NCBI RefSeq assembly: GCF_009914755.1
Contig: NC_060925.1
Source: the human T2T-CHM13v2.0 reference genome, Homo sapiens
DNA: 64,000 bases
Reading direction: 5' to 3' (one strand)
This document shows positions 46,016-61,298 of this stretch, one piece after another; position 1 is the first letter of the stretch, and each line of letters starts with the position of its first letter. The notes under the pieces were generated by a model, which was given only the letters and a program-made list of their open reading frames with translations, was not told the DNA's origin and did not search any database. Made by a program: the position numbers and the translations under genes.

Positions 46016-46319
46016 TTTTTTTTTTTTTTTTTGAGACATGGTATCTATTGCCCAGGCTGGAGTGCTGGAGTGAAGTGGCATGATCACAGCTCACTGCAGC
46101 CCCAACCTCCTGGGCTCAAGCCATCCTCCTGCTCAGTCTCCCAAGTAGCTGGGACCACAGGCGTGTGCCACCACAGCCAGCTAATTTTTGTATTTTTTTG
46201 TAGAGACAGGGTTTTGCCATGTTGCCCAGGCTGGTCTCCAACTACTGGGCTCAATCTATCCACCCACCTTGGCCTCCCGAAGTGTTGAGATTACAGGCAT
46301 GAGTCACCACGCCCCGGCC
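46016..46319 (-). mobile_element. Alu (J-like)
   Basis: Full Alu with poly(T). Confidence 0.88.
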
Positions 46320-46795
46320 CAAGTCTTAACCTAGGCACTGGGGACCCAGCAATGCAGATTTGGTCCCTGTTTTAAGCAGAGGGACCAATACAATCTGGCA
46401 GGGAAAGTTCCTATGGATAGAAACACAGACACAAACAGCAGCGGTGAGAGTGAGGCAGTTTGTATATATTTTCTTTTTATATCTTAATCTTCATAACTGG
46501 CCTTAAGGCCCCATTTTCCAGATGAAAAAACTGAGGTTCAGAGCAGTCAACTAACTTGCCTGTCGCAAATTCATTGCGAGTGGCACACCAGGCTTGGTAA
46601 GTGGTAAACAAGGCTGATGTCGAGCCCTTGGGATTAAGCCCTCTGCTATACCAAGGAGAAAGGGCCATAGAGGGCCAGTGAGCGAGAGGCAGGCCGGGAG
46701 AAAGGAAGAACAGCTGGTCCAAGGTCTCAGAACAGGTTCGTTTCTGGGGAAAGACCCCTATCTCTGCTGCCCCAGGCAGAAGAAGACTTGGGCCC

Positions 46796-47447
46796 TTTGA
46801 AAGGAAAATAAAGCCTCGGGATCCCCAAATCACTAAGCCAAGGGAAAAATCAGGCTGGGAACTATGTCAGGCAAACCCACCTCCCATTTTATTCCTAAAT
46901 AAGATAGCTACATACCTCCCTCACAAACTGCCCACAAGAAAATTCGTTGTGGGCCTCAAGGTCTTTATCCTAAAACAGTTCTGTTGAATTTCACCCTGGC
47001 AATGTAAACTAATAGCTGATCTTCAGAGGTGCAGACAGAAAGTCATCCTTCTGCTCACCTGAGACAAATGCATATCTGATTGTTTCCTCTGCCCTATTGT
47101 TTACGTAAAAATGCAGATTCACTGAGTCAGATTAAATTGTGTATTCAGTGGAAGGCTGATCAAGGACTCAATGCAATCTTTCATCTCTTATCAACCTTTT
47201 GTCTCTTATGACCTGGAAGCACCCCTGCCGCCTTCAAGCTGTCCCACATTGCCAGACTGAACCAATGTACATCTTACACATATTGATTGATGTCTCCTGG
47301 CTCCCTATGAATCAAAGCAAGCTGTACCCCGACCACCTTAGGCACATGTCAGGACCTCCTGAGGCTGTGTGATGGGTGCATCCTTAAGCTTGACAAAATA
47401 AACTTTCTACATTGACTGAGATCTGTCTCAGATATTTGGGGTTCACA
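46796..47447 (+). mobile_element. MER4A-type solo LTR
   Basis: t(g)tgaaaggaaaataaa...gggttcaca; 4-bp TSD GCCC; AATAAA near the 3' end. Confidence 0.78.
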
Positions 47448-48625
47448 GCCCTGTCATCTCTGCCCTCCTCCCCACCTCCTGCCCTGGGCATGGCTGGCAG
47501 ACAAAAACCTGGAGAGCAGCCCACTCCCTGTTGATTGTCCTTCACTGGAACAGGCAGAGGAGGTTCTGGGTCACAGCACAGAGGTGGGGTGTAAGCCTGC
47601 AGGAGATTACAGCTGATCCCTGCAGTGGGGCTGCCCCAAGGTGGTGGCTTCAGCCTGGGAGGGCCAGAAGAGCTCAGGTGAGACCTCAGCAGTCCACGTG
47701 GAGAGGGAGGGAGGGGAGAGGGTGGGGAGATGACTAGACCCTGAGTGACGCACACAGGCTCCCACTTCCATTCGAAGACACTTCCAGTGAGATGCTTAAA
47801 TCTGCAGTGGAGGGCAAGAGACACGACCCCAGGAGACAGCAACTGGTCTCTGAGGCGGTGGAACCAGCTCCCTGTTGGAGTCTGAGGCCTTGGTCCTACT
47901 CCCAGTTTCACTCCTGGTTTGCTGAATGATCTGGAGATCTCTGGGCCCCACGGCTTTCCATCTGCAGAGCGGAAAGAGTGGATGGGAAGTTTCTAGGTTC
48001 CCTCCACTTCTCATCATTGCCGGCATTCGCTTATAACAGGGGTCGGACTCCTCTCTGTGCACCTGTCCTGCGGGCAGACCTAGGAAGGTACATTTTTCTG
48101 GCTGGGAGATTTGGGCTGAGCAGTCCAGGGTGGCCGAGGTTTAGAGGGGACAGCTAGGAAGTACTTCCCCTATCCCTTAAGATCTGGGCTGGACTCTGCT
48201 CTTCCCATAGGGATCTACCTGAAGCCCAGGAACACCGGAGATCTGACTCCTGAAACTGCCTTTGCAAAATTAAAACACTGAGAGAAATCTAACACAGCTG
48301 ACTCCATATTGCTGCTTTTTTTAAAAAAAAATTAGCTTTTGGTGTACAAGTGTTTTTTTGTTTTGTTTTGTTTTGTTTTTGTTTTTTGTTACATGGATGA
48401 ATTATACAGTGGTGAATTCTGAGGCTTTAGTGCACCCATCATCTGAGTAGGGTTAATTGTACCTAATGTGTAGTTTTTTTTAATCTCTAGCACCCCTCCA
48501 GCCTCCCCCTTCTGAGTCTTTGAAATCCATTATATTACTCTGTTTGTCTTTGTATATTCATAGCTTAGCTCCCACTAGTAAGTGAGAACATACGGTTTTG
48601 GGTTTTCCACTCCTGTGTTACCTCA

Positions 48626-49156
<531 letters not shown>

Positions 49157-50714
49157 TCATCGCCCTGGGGCCAGAAGAATCTGCCCAGCAGATGGTCCTG
49201 TGGAGGATCCAGGAGCTTTCTGACTGAGTATGGAGGGAGGTGAGAGACGGGGAGTTGTGAGCCTCAGGTCTTCCTTAGTGGCAAGAAATAAGGCTTTCTG
49301 TTTCACCGTTCTGTAACGCCATTAGGCCGTCTCTCTCAAGGCTCTCTTGTTCTGGGGCTAATGGGAAAGCATGACTTTTGTTCTTCCTGCCCTGCCTGCT
49401 TCCACCACTGGGGGTTTTACCCAGTGCCAAGCTGTGGGGTCCTCCAGCTTTGGTCTACAAAGATGATTGCCTGCTTGTCCTCCTGGCTTCCCTGGCTCCC
49501 TGGGTTTTTAGGGCTGTGCTGCCTCTGGACATATTCTCGTCTGGACCTGATTGTCACCATCACTGGAGAACCTGTTGGCAGTGCAGACTCTTTGTCCACC
49601 CTAGACTGACTGCATGGAGCACACAGTTGACAGGATCCTGGGGGATTTGCCTGCACATGAAGGCTGGGAAGGCCTGCTCTAGACTCACCCGGTGACTTAC
49701 CATTTCCCCACTGGCTTCCAGGGGCTCCATCCTACCACCCCTCAGATTCCCTTAGGGCACAAAGTCTCAGCTCTCTTACCATCTTCACCACCCCATCCCC
49801 GCCAGTCAGGGGACCCTCTTCCTGGTCAGGGAGGGCCTTCTATCGGTGTCACCATGACATTCTTCTTGTACCCTGGCATCCTCTTCTCCCAAGGGCTAAG
49901 CTTCCCTAAGAAGGCCGCCTCCTGCCTGGCCACATCTGCCTCCTGCCTGGCCACATCTCTCCCCAGGGACATTATAGAGCCAGACACTGGCATCAATAAG
50001 GGGGAGAAGAAGAGAGAAAATTAGAAGAAAAAAATAGATATCTCGAAAATATCCTGGCCTACAGGTGTTCCTGAAGCCATTTCCTTTTGGGATTGAATGT
50101 CAACTGTGCTGCTGTCCAGCAGTAAGAACTTGGGTGAGGCACTCCAGCCCTCTGCACCTCAGTGACTGCATCTGTGCAATGGGAATGATTTATATAGTAT
50201 CTCCATCCCTTCCCCCAGCACAGTGTGTGGCTCATGACAGTTGATTAATCAGCTCATGCTGCCTGAGTCCATGCCTTTTTCTCTGTGGCTCAGTTGGATG
50301 GAAGCTCCACAAAGACGAGGATTTTTGATCTGTTTTCTTCACTGCTCTTTCCCCAGTACCCAGACTAGAGCCTGGCACAGAGTAGGTGCTGGATAACCCT
50401 GTTGAATGACTGTAGAACAAATAGCCTGGAGCTGCCCCAGCCCAGCAGGCTCCTCTCTCCTACCCAGGACCGTGGCAAGGCAGAATGGAACAGTGTCAAG
50501 GGCGGTCTCCCTAGGCTTAGGAGACCTGGGTTCAGACCCTGTCTTTGCCATGCTTTTGCTATAGGACTTTGAGCCAGTGACCACCTTTTTGAGCCTTTGC
50601 TTCCCCATCTGCAAAATGGGGATAACAGCAGCCTTTACTTCATAGAGCTGTTATGAGGATTAAGTGAGATAATCCAGCCCCTCAGCCTTTCCTCCCTGTC
50701 TCCCTGCCCCGTAG

Positions 50715-50888
50715 GACCAGCAAGACCCCTTCATACTGGCTGACCTGGACATACTGGCCAGCTGCCATCAGGCCTTCTGCCAAGCCCTGCCACAGGTCTC
50801 GCCCTTCTATGCAGTGAAGTGCAACAGTAGCCCTTGGGTGCTGCGTGTCCTGGCCGCCCTGGGCACCGGCTTTGACTGTGCCAGCCAG
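50715..50888 (+). pseudogene. ODC-like coding exon 2 containing the PLP Schiff-base lysine
   Basis: AG/GT-bounded 174 bp; [11 protein letters not shown]...[29 protein letters not shown]; Lys codon 50817-50819. Confidence 0.95.
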
Positions 50889-51332
50889 GTAAGCCTGTGC
50901 CCACCGAGGATTAGGCCAGGCCAGCTGGAAGGGGGTGAATCCCATGCTGCTGCTGCTGAGGTCATGAATAAGCGTCCCCTGTCCCGCAGAGCACTTGAAA
51001 TATGCTAAGCACACTGCAGGGGGCCTAACATGCATTCTCCTTGATCCTCCCATCGGCTCTGCAAGGTAGTCAGGGGATCCACATTCATAGAGGAGGAGAC
51101 AGCCTTAGGGAGATCACTTGCCCATGGGCCAACATATGGTAAGAGACAGAGATGACCGATCCAAAGTTGGCATTTTTTTCTTACGCCAGGGGTGAAACAT
51201 TCCAAGGGGTTCTTAGCAGAAGGGGATTCAGCAATGTTGAGGGAGGTTAGAGCCGAAGCTCAAGGGTGGGAAGGGGGAGAACTCAGGATGGGAGTATTTT
51301 GCTGAGCCTCTGTCCTTCCTTCCTTTCTTTTT

Positions 51333-51444
51333 AAGACTAGTCAAGTGTAGTAGTGAGAAGTGGGAAAGAAGAGTAGAACAAGGAGTTCATCTGTAACTGA
51401 CTGTTAACAGTCAATTGAGATAACTCACTGCCTTCGGACCAGCC
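51333..51444 (-). pseudogene. RNY1: Y1 RNA retropseudogene
   Basis: Minus strand GGCTGGTCCGAAGGCAGTGAGTTATCTCAATTGA...CACTTGACTAGTCTT; 14-bp TSD cttcctYcctttct at 51315-51328 and 51445-51458. Confidence 0.93.
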
Positions 51445-52221
51445 CTTCCTCCCTTTCTGAGGAGCCCTCCACTAAGCAGGATTAAGTGCACCCGCTGCCT
51501 CTAGGAAGCCAGCCCATCTCCTCTCTATGGGGCTGAAATTGATGGGAGGGGGGTTGGTTCTAAACTGAGACTATGAGCACCTGGAGTGCCCGGCACATTG
51601 AGACTATGAGCCCTGCCCTGCCCTTCCCTGCCCTGCAGGGACTCCATAATGAGCACCCCGTCAGCCCCACGCAGGGCTCCTGCCTGGAAGTGAGGGAGCA
51701 GGGGGTGAGACCCAACCCGGGGTTTCATCAGGGCAGCCTCTTTGGCTCATGCACAGTGTTTCTGTCCCCACATAGCTGGGGTGGGGGCAGTGATGCAGCC
51801 CCCAACCCTGGCTCTTGGCCACCCCAGGTGGAACTGGAGCAGGTGCTGGGCCTGGGTGTGGCCCCCTCGCGCATCGTCTATGCCAACCCCTGCAAACCTG
51901 CCTCCCACATCCGGTATGCTGCCCAGCACGGGGTGCAGCTCCTGACCTTTGACAGCGAGGAGGAGCTCACCAAGGTGGCCCAGCACCACCCCAGGGCCAG
52001 GTGAGTCCAGCAGGGATGCAGGCAGCTAGGGTGAGGGTCAGCAGTAAAGAACGAATCACCCAACACAGCACACCCCTGACAAATGCTGATCTGAGACAAG
52101 TGAAGGGGAGGACCCTCAAGGCCCAGCCATTTTAAAAGGGTCTGGCAGCTGCCTTTGGAGTGAGACAGCCCAGGTTCAAATTCTGGCATTGTTGCTTACC
52201 TGATGTATGCATTGGGCAAGT

Positions 52222-52903
<682 letters not shown>

Positions 52904-53338
52904 TAGTAGGTGCTTACCAATACTATCATTTTTCTACCCTCCCTTCTCTGGTTGTACCTGGGGAAGAGTAGATGTATACACACGTGTGTTGGGCTGGTGT
53001 GATGGCCGCATGGATTTGGTGGCATTGGAAAACCTCCCAGATGCGGGGATCAGCTGGGCCTGGGTGGGGGTGGTATAAGAAGCCCTGGGCTCTTTGGCAT
53101 CTCTGGCTAAGTGCTCTCTGCCTCCTCCCTATCCTTGGTGTCCCTCCTCCGGACTGCTCCTCCGGCTGAGGACCCAGGACAGTCAGAGCACCTTCCCTCT
53201 GAGCACCAAGTTCGGGGCCAGCCTGGAAGCCTGTGGGCACCTGCTCACGTCTGCCAGAGACCTGGGGTTGGCCGTGGTCGGAGCCAGGTGAGTGACGCCT
53301 GAGGACTCCAGGAGCCCTGGGTTCTGGTCCTTCCCTTG

Positions 53339-53863
53339 CTGTGGATAACTGCGACAGAGACAGCGAGACACAGTCACACATAAGGCACGAAACCACTGGG
53401 GCCAAATGCAGAAACAAACAGCTGGAAATATAACTGACTACACTGGCATAAGTGTAATCAGTTGGGGCCCATGGCAAGCTGTGGCCCCTCTCTGGGCCTG
53501 TGAGACCCCATCTGTCTAAAGGGGCAGGATATGATGTGAAGGTTACTCAGGGCCTCCCTGCTCTGAGGCCCTGGGGTTTGGTGTCTTGTTGTGAAGTGTC
53601 CATGAGGGGAAGGGCAGCCCACGTGGCAGTGCTGGGATCATGGGCTCCATGGCAGTGTGTGTCTAAGTGTGTGTACGTGTGAATACTCAGGGTGAGTGCC
53701 CCTTCGTAGGTGCCTCGTTGGCCTGAGTGTGCAGCTGTCTGAAAGCACACACTTATGCCAGTGTAATCAGTTATGTTTCCGCTCTTTGTTTCTGCATTTG
53801 GCCCAATGGCTTCATGCCTTATGTGTGACTGTGCCTCTCTGTCTCTGTTGCGGTTATCCACAG
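53339..53863. repeat. Long inverted repeat (arms 53339-53455 and 53749-53863)
   Basis: ctgtggataactgcgacagagacag...ggcataagtgt is the reverse complement of acacttatgcc...cggttatccacag, with roughly one mismatch per 9 nt. Confidence 0.92.
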
Positions 53864-56800
53864 TCTGTGTGGCTTTGTGGTTTGGAACATGTGTTTCAGT
53901 ACATATCTCTCACCATGTCACATGCACTGGCTCTGCTAGCTTCCACCTGGGCTCCAACTGCCAGACCCCCCCAGAGCTTCACACAAGCTATCGCTGACTG
54001 CCGGTGCATGTTGGAAATGGGCCACAGGGCTGGGCATGATATGAGCTGCCTGGACATTGGAGGGGGCTTCCCCGGAATGGAGGGCTCCGGGCCCAAGTTT
54101 GAGGAGGTGAGCTGGTACGGGCGCTGGGGGTGTTCAGGGAGGTCCGCATGTGTGCCCAGGCATGGGTGTGTGTGGGGAGTCTGTGTTCATGCATGTACCT
54201 CTGTGTGTTTAGGTCTCTCTGGTGTATCTCTGTGCTCTGTGTGCACAGGTGGGTATGTGTGTATGTGCATGTCTTGGCTTTGATATCCCCCAAAAGCAGA
54301 CTCTGAGACAAACACTTGGATACAAGTAGTTTTTTTGGAGATGATCCGTGGAAGCGCCAATGAGGAAGTCAGGAAAGAGAGATAGAAGGGAGAAAAGTCA
54401 AAAGAAAATTCATCTATGAGCTGGTTACCACTGTGGGCCGCTGCACCAGTCCCCCTGGGGACAATGTAGAACCTCAGAATCATCCCACTAGAGGACATGG
54501 GGCTGGTCCTTTATTCACCAACTCCTGTCCTTCTTTGGTTGAAGGCTGTGGTCTGGGGGTGTTAATTTCCTCACATTCCAGCTAGTTTCCGAGGGTGCTG
54601 GAGAAAGCCCACAGAATGAGAAGCAAAGGGAGGCAGGCGCTGGAGGCTGGAAATCATTTTGCACGGGCAGATGAGCTCAGGTAGGCTGAGGGGAGGTGGC
54701 ACAGGGTGTCCACTGCAGCTGCAGCAAGGTGTCTGGGGGCTGTGCCTCTCTGTGTGTCTGTGTGTCTGTATGTGTATATGTTTTCCTGTAGAATGTAGAA
54801 TTCTTGTTAGCATCACCAATACAGTTACAGTTACAGTTGGGAGTTTACATTCCCTGGGTCCACAAGACACTCGCCTTCTTACGGTGCATCAGATTAAATT
54901 GCTGCACCTTTGGACTTCTCAGGGAGCCTGGTGGCCAGCAACCCCACACAAGTGACCTCCTGTCTCTCAACTTCTGTTTCCTCTTTGGTAAACAGGGATA
55001 ATTCTAATGCCTACCTGCAGGGTGCCTCGGGGATGAAAGGACTGATGCAGGTAAGGCGTTGGCACAGGCGCTGGCACATCAACACGTGCTGGATGAGTTA
55101 ACCTCTTCCTGCTGTCCCTCCACCCCATTCCAGTTGGCGAGAGTGATCAGTGCTGCCCTGGCCCAGGACCTCCCTGAGGAGCGTGGTGTCAAGGTCATCG
55201 CAGAGCCTGGCTGCTTCTATGTGGAGTCTGTCTGCATGGCCGCTGTCAACATCATTGCCAAGAGGGCTGTGCTGGAGCCCGGTGGGTGGGCCAGGATGGC
55301 ACTGGGTGGGGATGCCACTGTCCAGGTGTCCCCAGGCCCTGGAGGAGAGGAAGGGCAGAGGGTTGGGCTCTGTCCCAGGAGCTGGGGGTCAGAGTAGTGA
55401 CTGAGCACTCCCCAGGAGGCAGCCGGAAGCTGGTGTATTATCTCAAAGATGGCCACTATGGCTCCTTCCGCCTCTGCTACCGAGAGCCTGTCCCAAGGGT
55501 TCCCATCGTGGTGAAGGTAAGGGGGCCACTCCAGCCCCGAGTCTAGTCCCTTACCTTGAGGTGCCTTGTGCCTCCCCTACTGGGAACAGTGGCTGTGCTG
55601 GACCCCAGAGGCAGGTCCTGGCCTGCTGCTTAGAACACATGTGGACACGTACATGATGTGTGCTCACAGATCAGAGCGTGTGCAGCAGCTGGATATGTAG
55701 GCCTCCTCAGGCAAAGGGGCGATCACCAGAACACAAAGGCGTGGGTTGTTTTCCAAAATATTGAAGTTCTTCTCCCTGGTGGCTTAAGAGCCATTCCTTC
55801 TTCCTGGTGGTTAAAGAGCTATTCCCCCGAGTCCACCAGGGGCCTCCCTGCCGACACTCTTGCTGCTCAGTCCCTCCCACGATCTGGCAACAAAGCTTCA
55901 ATACCTGACCCTGTAGGGCCAACAGGATCTTCCTCCAGCTCTGCAGCAGTTGTCTCCTAATGTGATGGGTTGGTGTCCGGGCCACACTGCTTTGTAAATA
56001 TCTTGACTGTTTCTCCCGGCCAGTGAACGTCTTGGTGTGTGCACACATTTGGTCATGTATGTGACGTGTGTTTGCATGCATGTGCGAGTGTGTACGTGTG
56101 TGAAGTGTTTCTGGGTGTGTGTCTTCGTGTGTGTATTTGCCTCTCTTCTCATCGGAAGGAGTGAGTTCTGGATGTGGAGGAACCAGTAGGAGACCCTGTG
56201 TTTGTTTGGTTCCCACAATAGTTTTCAATTTTAGTTGCCCATATTAAAAAATCTAGACATATTTCATAAAAGCCTGGATTTTCTCAGCTCCTCTCAAACA
56301 TTTGAGAGATCTGATGATACGTGGCCTGCAGAACAACAAGGCAACAAATAATTCAACAAATTAGTCTAGCATGTCAGGCACTGTGATCTGCTGGAACGGG
56401 ACTTCCTCAGTGGCTTTCCCCTTTGGACAGACATTGACTTTCCAGTTTGTTGTAAGACTTACCTGGCCCATTTCACTCATTTGTGTTACCTGCTTGACCT
56501 CTAGGTAATTGAGTTTTCAACTGCTGCCTTATAGCAATTATTGAAGACAACAGCCCCACTTACAGAGGAGGAATCTGAGCCCTTACTTGTAGGCACATCA
56601 GACCTGGCCAGGCTGGGCAGGGGCCATGGAGGGATGGGTCCCAGCCAGTATACACCCGTGTGCCCCTGGGAGTGTCCTTCCGGGTCTTTCAGTGCCTTCC
56701 AGATAAGGGGGTGGGATAGGCCAGCCTGCTGTCTTTTCTGACCCCCTTTCCTATGTCACACAGGAGTTCTGCTCAGAGCCGCCCCTCTTCCCCTGCACCC

Positions 56801-57504
56801 TCTATGTCCCATGTGCGATGCCTTTGACAGGCTCTTCTTGGAGGATGTGCGGCTGCCCGAGCTGGATGTAGGCGATTGGCTGGTCTTCCCCTCCATGGGT
56901 GCCTACATGTCCTCCATGAGCTCCAGCTTCAATGGCTTCCTGCCTGCCACCATCTGCTACACCATGGGCCCCCAGCTCAGGTGCCTAGGGGTTGGGGTTG
57001 AAGAGGAAGCAGGAAACCTCACACTCATTTGAGCTTGGGGTGGGAACTGGCCCCAGGGAATCTCCCTTCCCCTGTTGACTCACTGAAGTCAAAGTGTCCA
57101 TCTGACCTTTGGACTCTCATCTGCCTCTGGCCCCCCTCCCAGGGAGGTGGAGAATTGCAAAGAGATCCCCAGGCCCTCTAGCCACTGGCTGGCCCTACTC
57201 CTGCTTCAGACGCCCACTGTCCCAGCTCTGCCTCCAGGCCCCAGCTCTGCTGCTGTGTGTGCAGCCTCAGGGCTGTAGGCAAAGGCCTTGACACCCACCC
57301 TGTACCCCATGTCCTTTCCCCATGAGCCTTCTGGAGGCAGAGCCTTAACCCAGAGCCAGCTAGGCTGGAGGGCTTTAAGACACTCTGGTAGGTAGGCCCC
57401 TGGGAACTGTTGGGAGTTGGGATGGCAGGGAGGAGGCAGAGGTTTGGGTAACTATGAAATCCTATGCAGACCTTCCAAAAATATCTTGCTGTCATTTTGG
57501 GTCA

Positions 57505-57937
57505 GTTCTTTCCTTTTCTCTTTTCATTTCTTTTCTTTTCTTTTTTCTTTTCTTTCTTTCATTTTCCTTTCCTTTCCATTCCTTTCCTTTTTTCTTTCTC
57601 TTCTTTCTTTCCTCCCTCCCTTCCTCCATTCCCTTTCTCTTTCTTTCCTCTCTTTTTGAGACAGAGTCTTACTCTGTCGCCCAGGCTGGAGTGCTGTGGC
57701 ATGATCTCGGGTCACTACAGCCTCGACCCCTCAGGGCTCAGGTGATCCTCCCACCTCAGCCTCCTGAATAGCTGGGACTATAGGTGTGTACCACCACACC
57801 CGGCTAATTTTTATATTTTTGGTAGAGATGGAGTTTTGCCATGTTGCCCAGGCTGGTCTCGAACTTCTGGGCTCAAGCAATCCGCCTGCCTCAACCTCCC
57901 AAAGTGCCGGCATTACAGGTGTGAGCCACCGCATGCC
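57505..57937 (-). mobile_element. Alu (J-like) with expanded (CTTT)n tail
   Basis: Alu body 57655-57937; pyrimidine tract 57505-57655. Confidence 0.88.
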
Positions 57938-59607
57938 TGTGTCTTCGGTCAGGTCTTACACTGACTTTTCTCAGCAGTGGCCTGCCCTGCCCACCCTCCT
58001 TGTCATTTGCCTCTGCATCCCTCCTTTCCCACTCTCTTGAGCAGTGGTTGAAGGGGACGCATTAGAAGCTACTTCTTCTCAGAGCGACTACAAAAAATGG
58101 GCTATTGATCTTTTACGTTAAATAATGCAGCCCACACACCTGCTCAGTTCATACCTAGCTGGTGTCAGTTTACATCCTTAAATTCATCCTGCCGCTCCTC
58201 CCCGCTTTTTATTTATTCATGCCCTTGCCTTGTCCCAGAAAGCGTTTCTATAAAATTCATCAACATATCATAGTGGTTAAGAGCATGTCACTGGAATAAG
58301 GAAGAACTGGGCTCAAATTTAGGCACCACTGCTACTAGCTTTGAATTTGGGCAGGTTAACTAACATAGTTGAACTCTAGTTTTCCTTGTAAAATAGTGGT
58401 AATAATAATAACTTTAACTTCCCCGTAGGGTTGTTGGGATTAAGAGAGGGATGAATATATCGTTTAGGGCCAGCTTTTCCTTCGGCCACCCTGTTCTTGC
58501 TGGCTCTCCTCCTGGAGTCTAGATGTCACAGAGACCCCACCGTGCATCCTGGGTCTTTTCAGAGAGTGTTGGTAGGGTGTCCCACTCAGGCCAAGCCAGG
58601 ATGTGTGCCCGATGCTAGGGGGACAGGGGAGGCAGGCACAGACCCAGTCTTTGAGTTGTCCTCAGGCCTGTGGAAAGCTAAAGGCAGGCGCAGCTGGCTG
58701 CAGCACAGGGAGGAACATGGGACATACTTTGAGGACAGTTCAGGTGGAAGCCATCCATTTGGAGGAGTGGGTGGCTTCTTGGAGGGAGAATGGTGGGACC
58801 TGGAGGCAGAGCAGAATCAGTAGGTAAAAGTGGGTAGGAAGCGTGGCTCAGGTGTGGGAACAACTTGGCTCAGGCATGGGAATGAGCCTCTGCTCAGAGA
58901 ACAGTGAGTGGCCAGGATTGGAGATGAGAAACAGAGATTGCAGAGCCTGGGGACACAAGGTGACCAGTTTGCCTGGATTTGTCTGGAACATTCCTGGTGC
59001 TAGCACTGTAAATCCTGAGTCCTAGGAAGCTCCTGAGTCTCAGGCAAACCAGATGGTTGGGGAGGGAGAGGAGGGAGGGGAGGAGCTCGTCACACCCCAA
59101 GGCCACATTCCTGCAGCTATAGCAGGTACAGCCATTGATTTCTCAGCTTCCAGCTCAGCCAAGGAAGGTGTCTCCCCTCCCTTCAGCAGGGCCTCTCCCA
59201 CCCTCTCTGCTACCACTCAACTCAGCCAGGTCCTCGGGGATCCCAGAGTCCCTGGAGCTGAAGAGGAACTTCCCCTGACATGTGGGAAGCAAAGAGCAGA
59301 TTGGGGTAACAGAGGCCACTCAGAGAAGCTAGAGGAGCTCAACAGCCCATCCAGTCAGGTGCATCTCATGAGGGCATCCCAGAACATCAAATTTCCCGCC
59401 TGCAAAATGGTCTTGGTTATGCCCAAACACTCAGGATATAAGAAGCACGGATTATGGGTACGATACTTAGGGGTGTGAGCAGGCTTTGGGAAATGTGAAC
59501 TCTTTCCAGATGGAAGACATTCCAGTGAGTTTTCTTTGCCCCTGGGGGGTGGGAGAGGGTGAGTGGGTCTGAGTATGTAAGTCACAGGTCTCCAGGTCTA
59601 ACCAACC

Positions 59608-59898
59608 AGTGGCGGGGTGAGTAGTTTGGTGGGAAGGACAGTTAGGAACAGGTAACTAAAGGTGAGTTAGGTCAGAGCAGGTGACCAGGGGTGATTCAGG
59701 TCAAAGCAGGTGACTGGGATGAGTCAGGACGCAGAGCAGGTAACCAGGGGAACAGATGTGAACTGCTGATTAAAACTGGGGGGAAATGTTGTTTACTGAA
59801 ACTACGGGGAAGTTAAACTTTAAAATGGAGGACAAAGAACTGAACATATTGACATATTGATTCTTTGAAGAGAAATTTTGAACTCATTGTATCCAACA
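59608..59898 (-). mobile_element. LTR10-family fragment (U3 half)
   Basis: Homologous to 1009-1330 (caggtcaaagcaggtgac, ggggaacagatgtgaact, gattctttgaag); TGAGTCA at 59720. Confidence 0.85.
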
Positions 59899-60899
59899 GG
59901 AGGATCATGTGAGCCCAGCAGTTTAAGGCCAGCCTAGGCAACATAGAAAGACTCTGTCTTATTTTTAAAAATAAAATAAAATAAAAATGACAGAAATGTA
60001 TTCTCTCATAGTTTTGGAGGTTAGAAGTCTGAAGCCAAGGGTTGGCAAGGTCACTCTCCCTCTGAAGGCTCCAGGGAAGAATATTTCTTTGCCTCTTGCA
60101 TCTTCCAGTAGCCCCAGGCCTTTTCTGGCTTCCGGCAGCATAACTCTAGTCTCTGCCTCACAACGTTTTTCTCTTTGTCTCTGCGACCTCTTGTCTTCTT
60201 ATAAGGACACCAGTCATCCAGTGGACACAAATTTTGTGGGGGCATGATTTAACTTCAACCTCCAACCCCCTGCCGCAGGTCACCCTTTGGCCCTTATGGC
60301 CTCCAAGTCTTGAGGCTGGAGCTCACTTCTCAGCCTGGGGTCATCTGTGTCTACTTTCCATAGCACCAGGATTCACCTCTGCTGGTGGTTCCCAGGTTCT
60401 CTCTCCAGCTGTGACCTCTCTCCCACACTCCAGACCTGAAAATCTCACAGCCTCTTGATCACCGACCCAAGGATGTACCACAGTTCACTCAGATTCAACA
60501 CAAGCCAAAGGGAGCCCGCTATGGGCCCCCATCTAGCGGAAGGGCTGCTTCCCTTAGCCAGAGTGTACCTCACTCCTCAGCTAGAAATCTGGGCTTTGTC
60601 CTCCATTTTGAACTTCTCCATCACCTCCCTCATCAATGGGCCACCAAGTCATTCACACTGGAGGTGGTAGAGAAAGCCAACTGTGTGCCAACAGCTTTTT
60701 TTTTTTTTTTGAAATCCTTCCTGTTCTACCCCCAGAATGTCTCATGCACACAGCCCCTCCCTTCTTCCCTCTCTCCCAGGTCACTGTCAGGTTCCAGCCC
60801 CTCACTAGTTCTCTCCAGAGCCAGCATAACAGCCTGGTGGCCTCCCTGCTGTGGTCTCATTTTCTCTAATCCATTGACCACATGACCCCACAAGCTCCT

Positions 60900-61246
<347 letters not shown>

Positions 61247-61298
61247 TAATCCCATTTGCGGCAGCCCATATGTGCAGGATAAAGTCCAAGCGCCCTAG

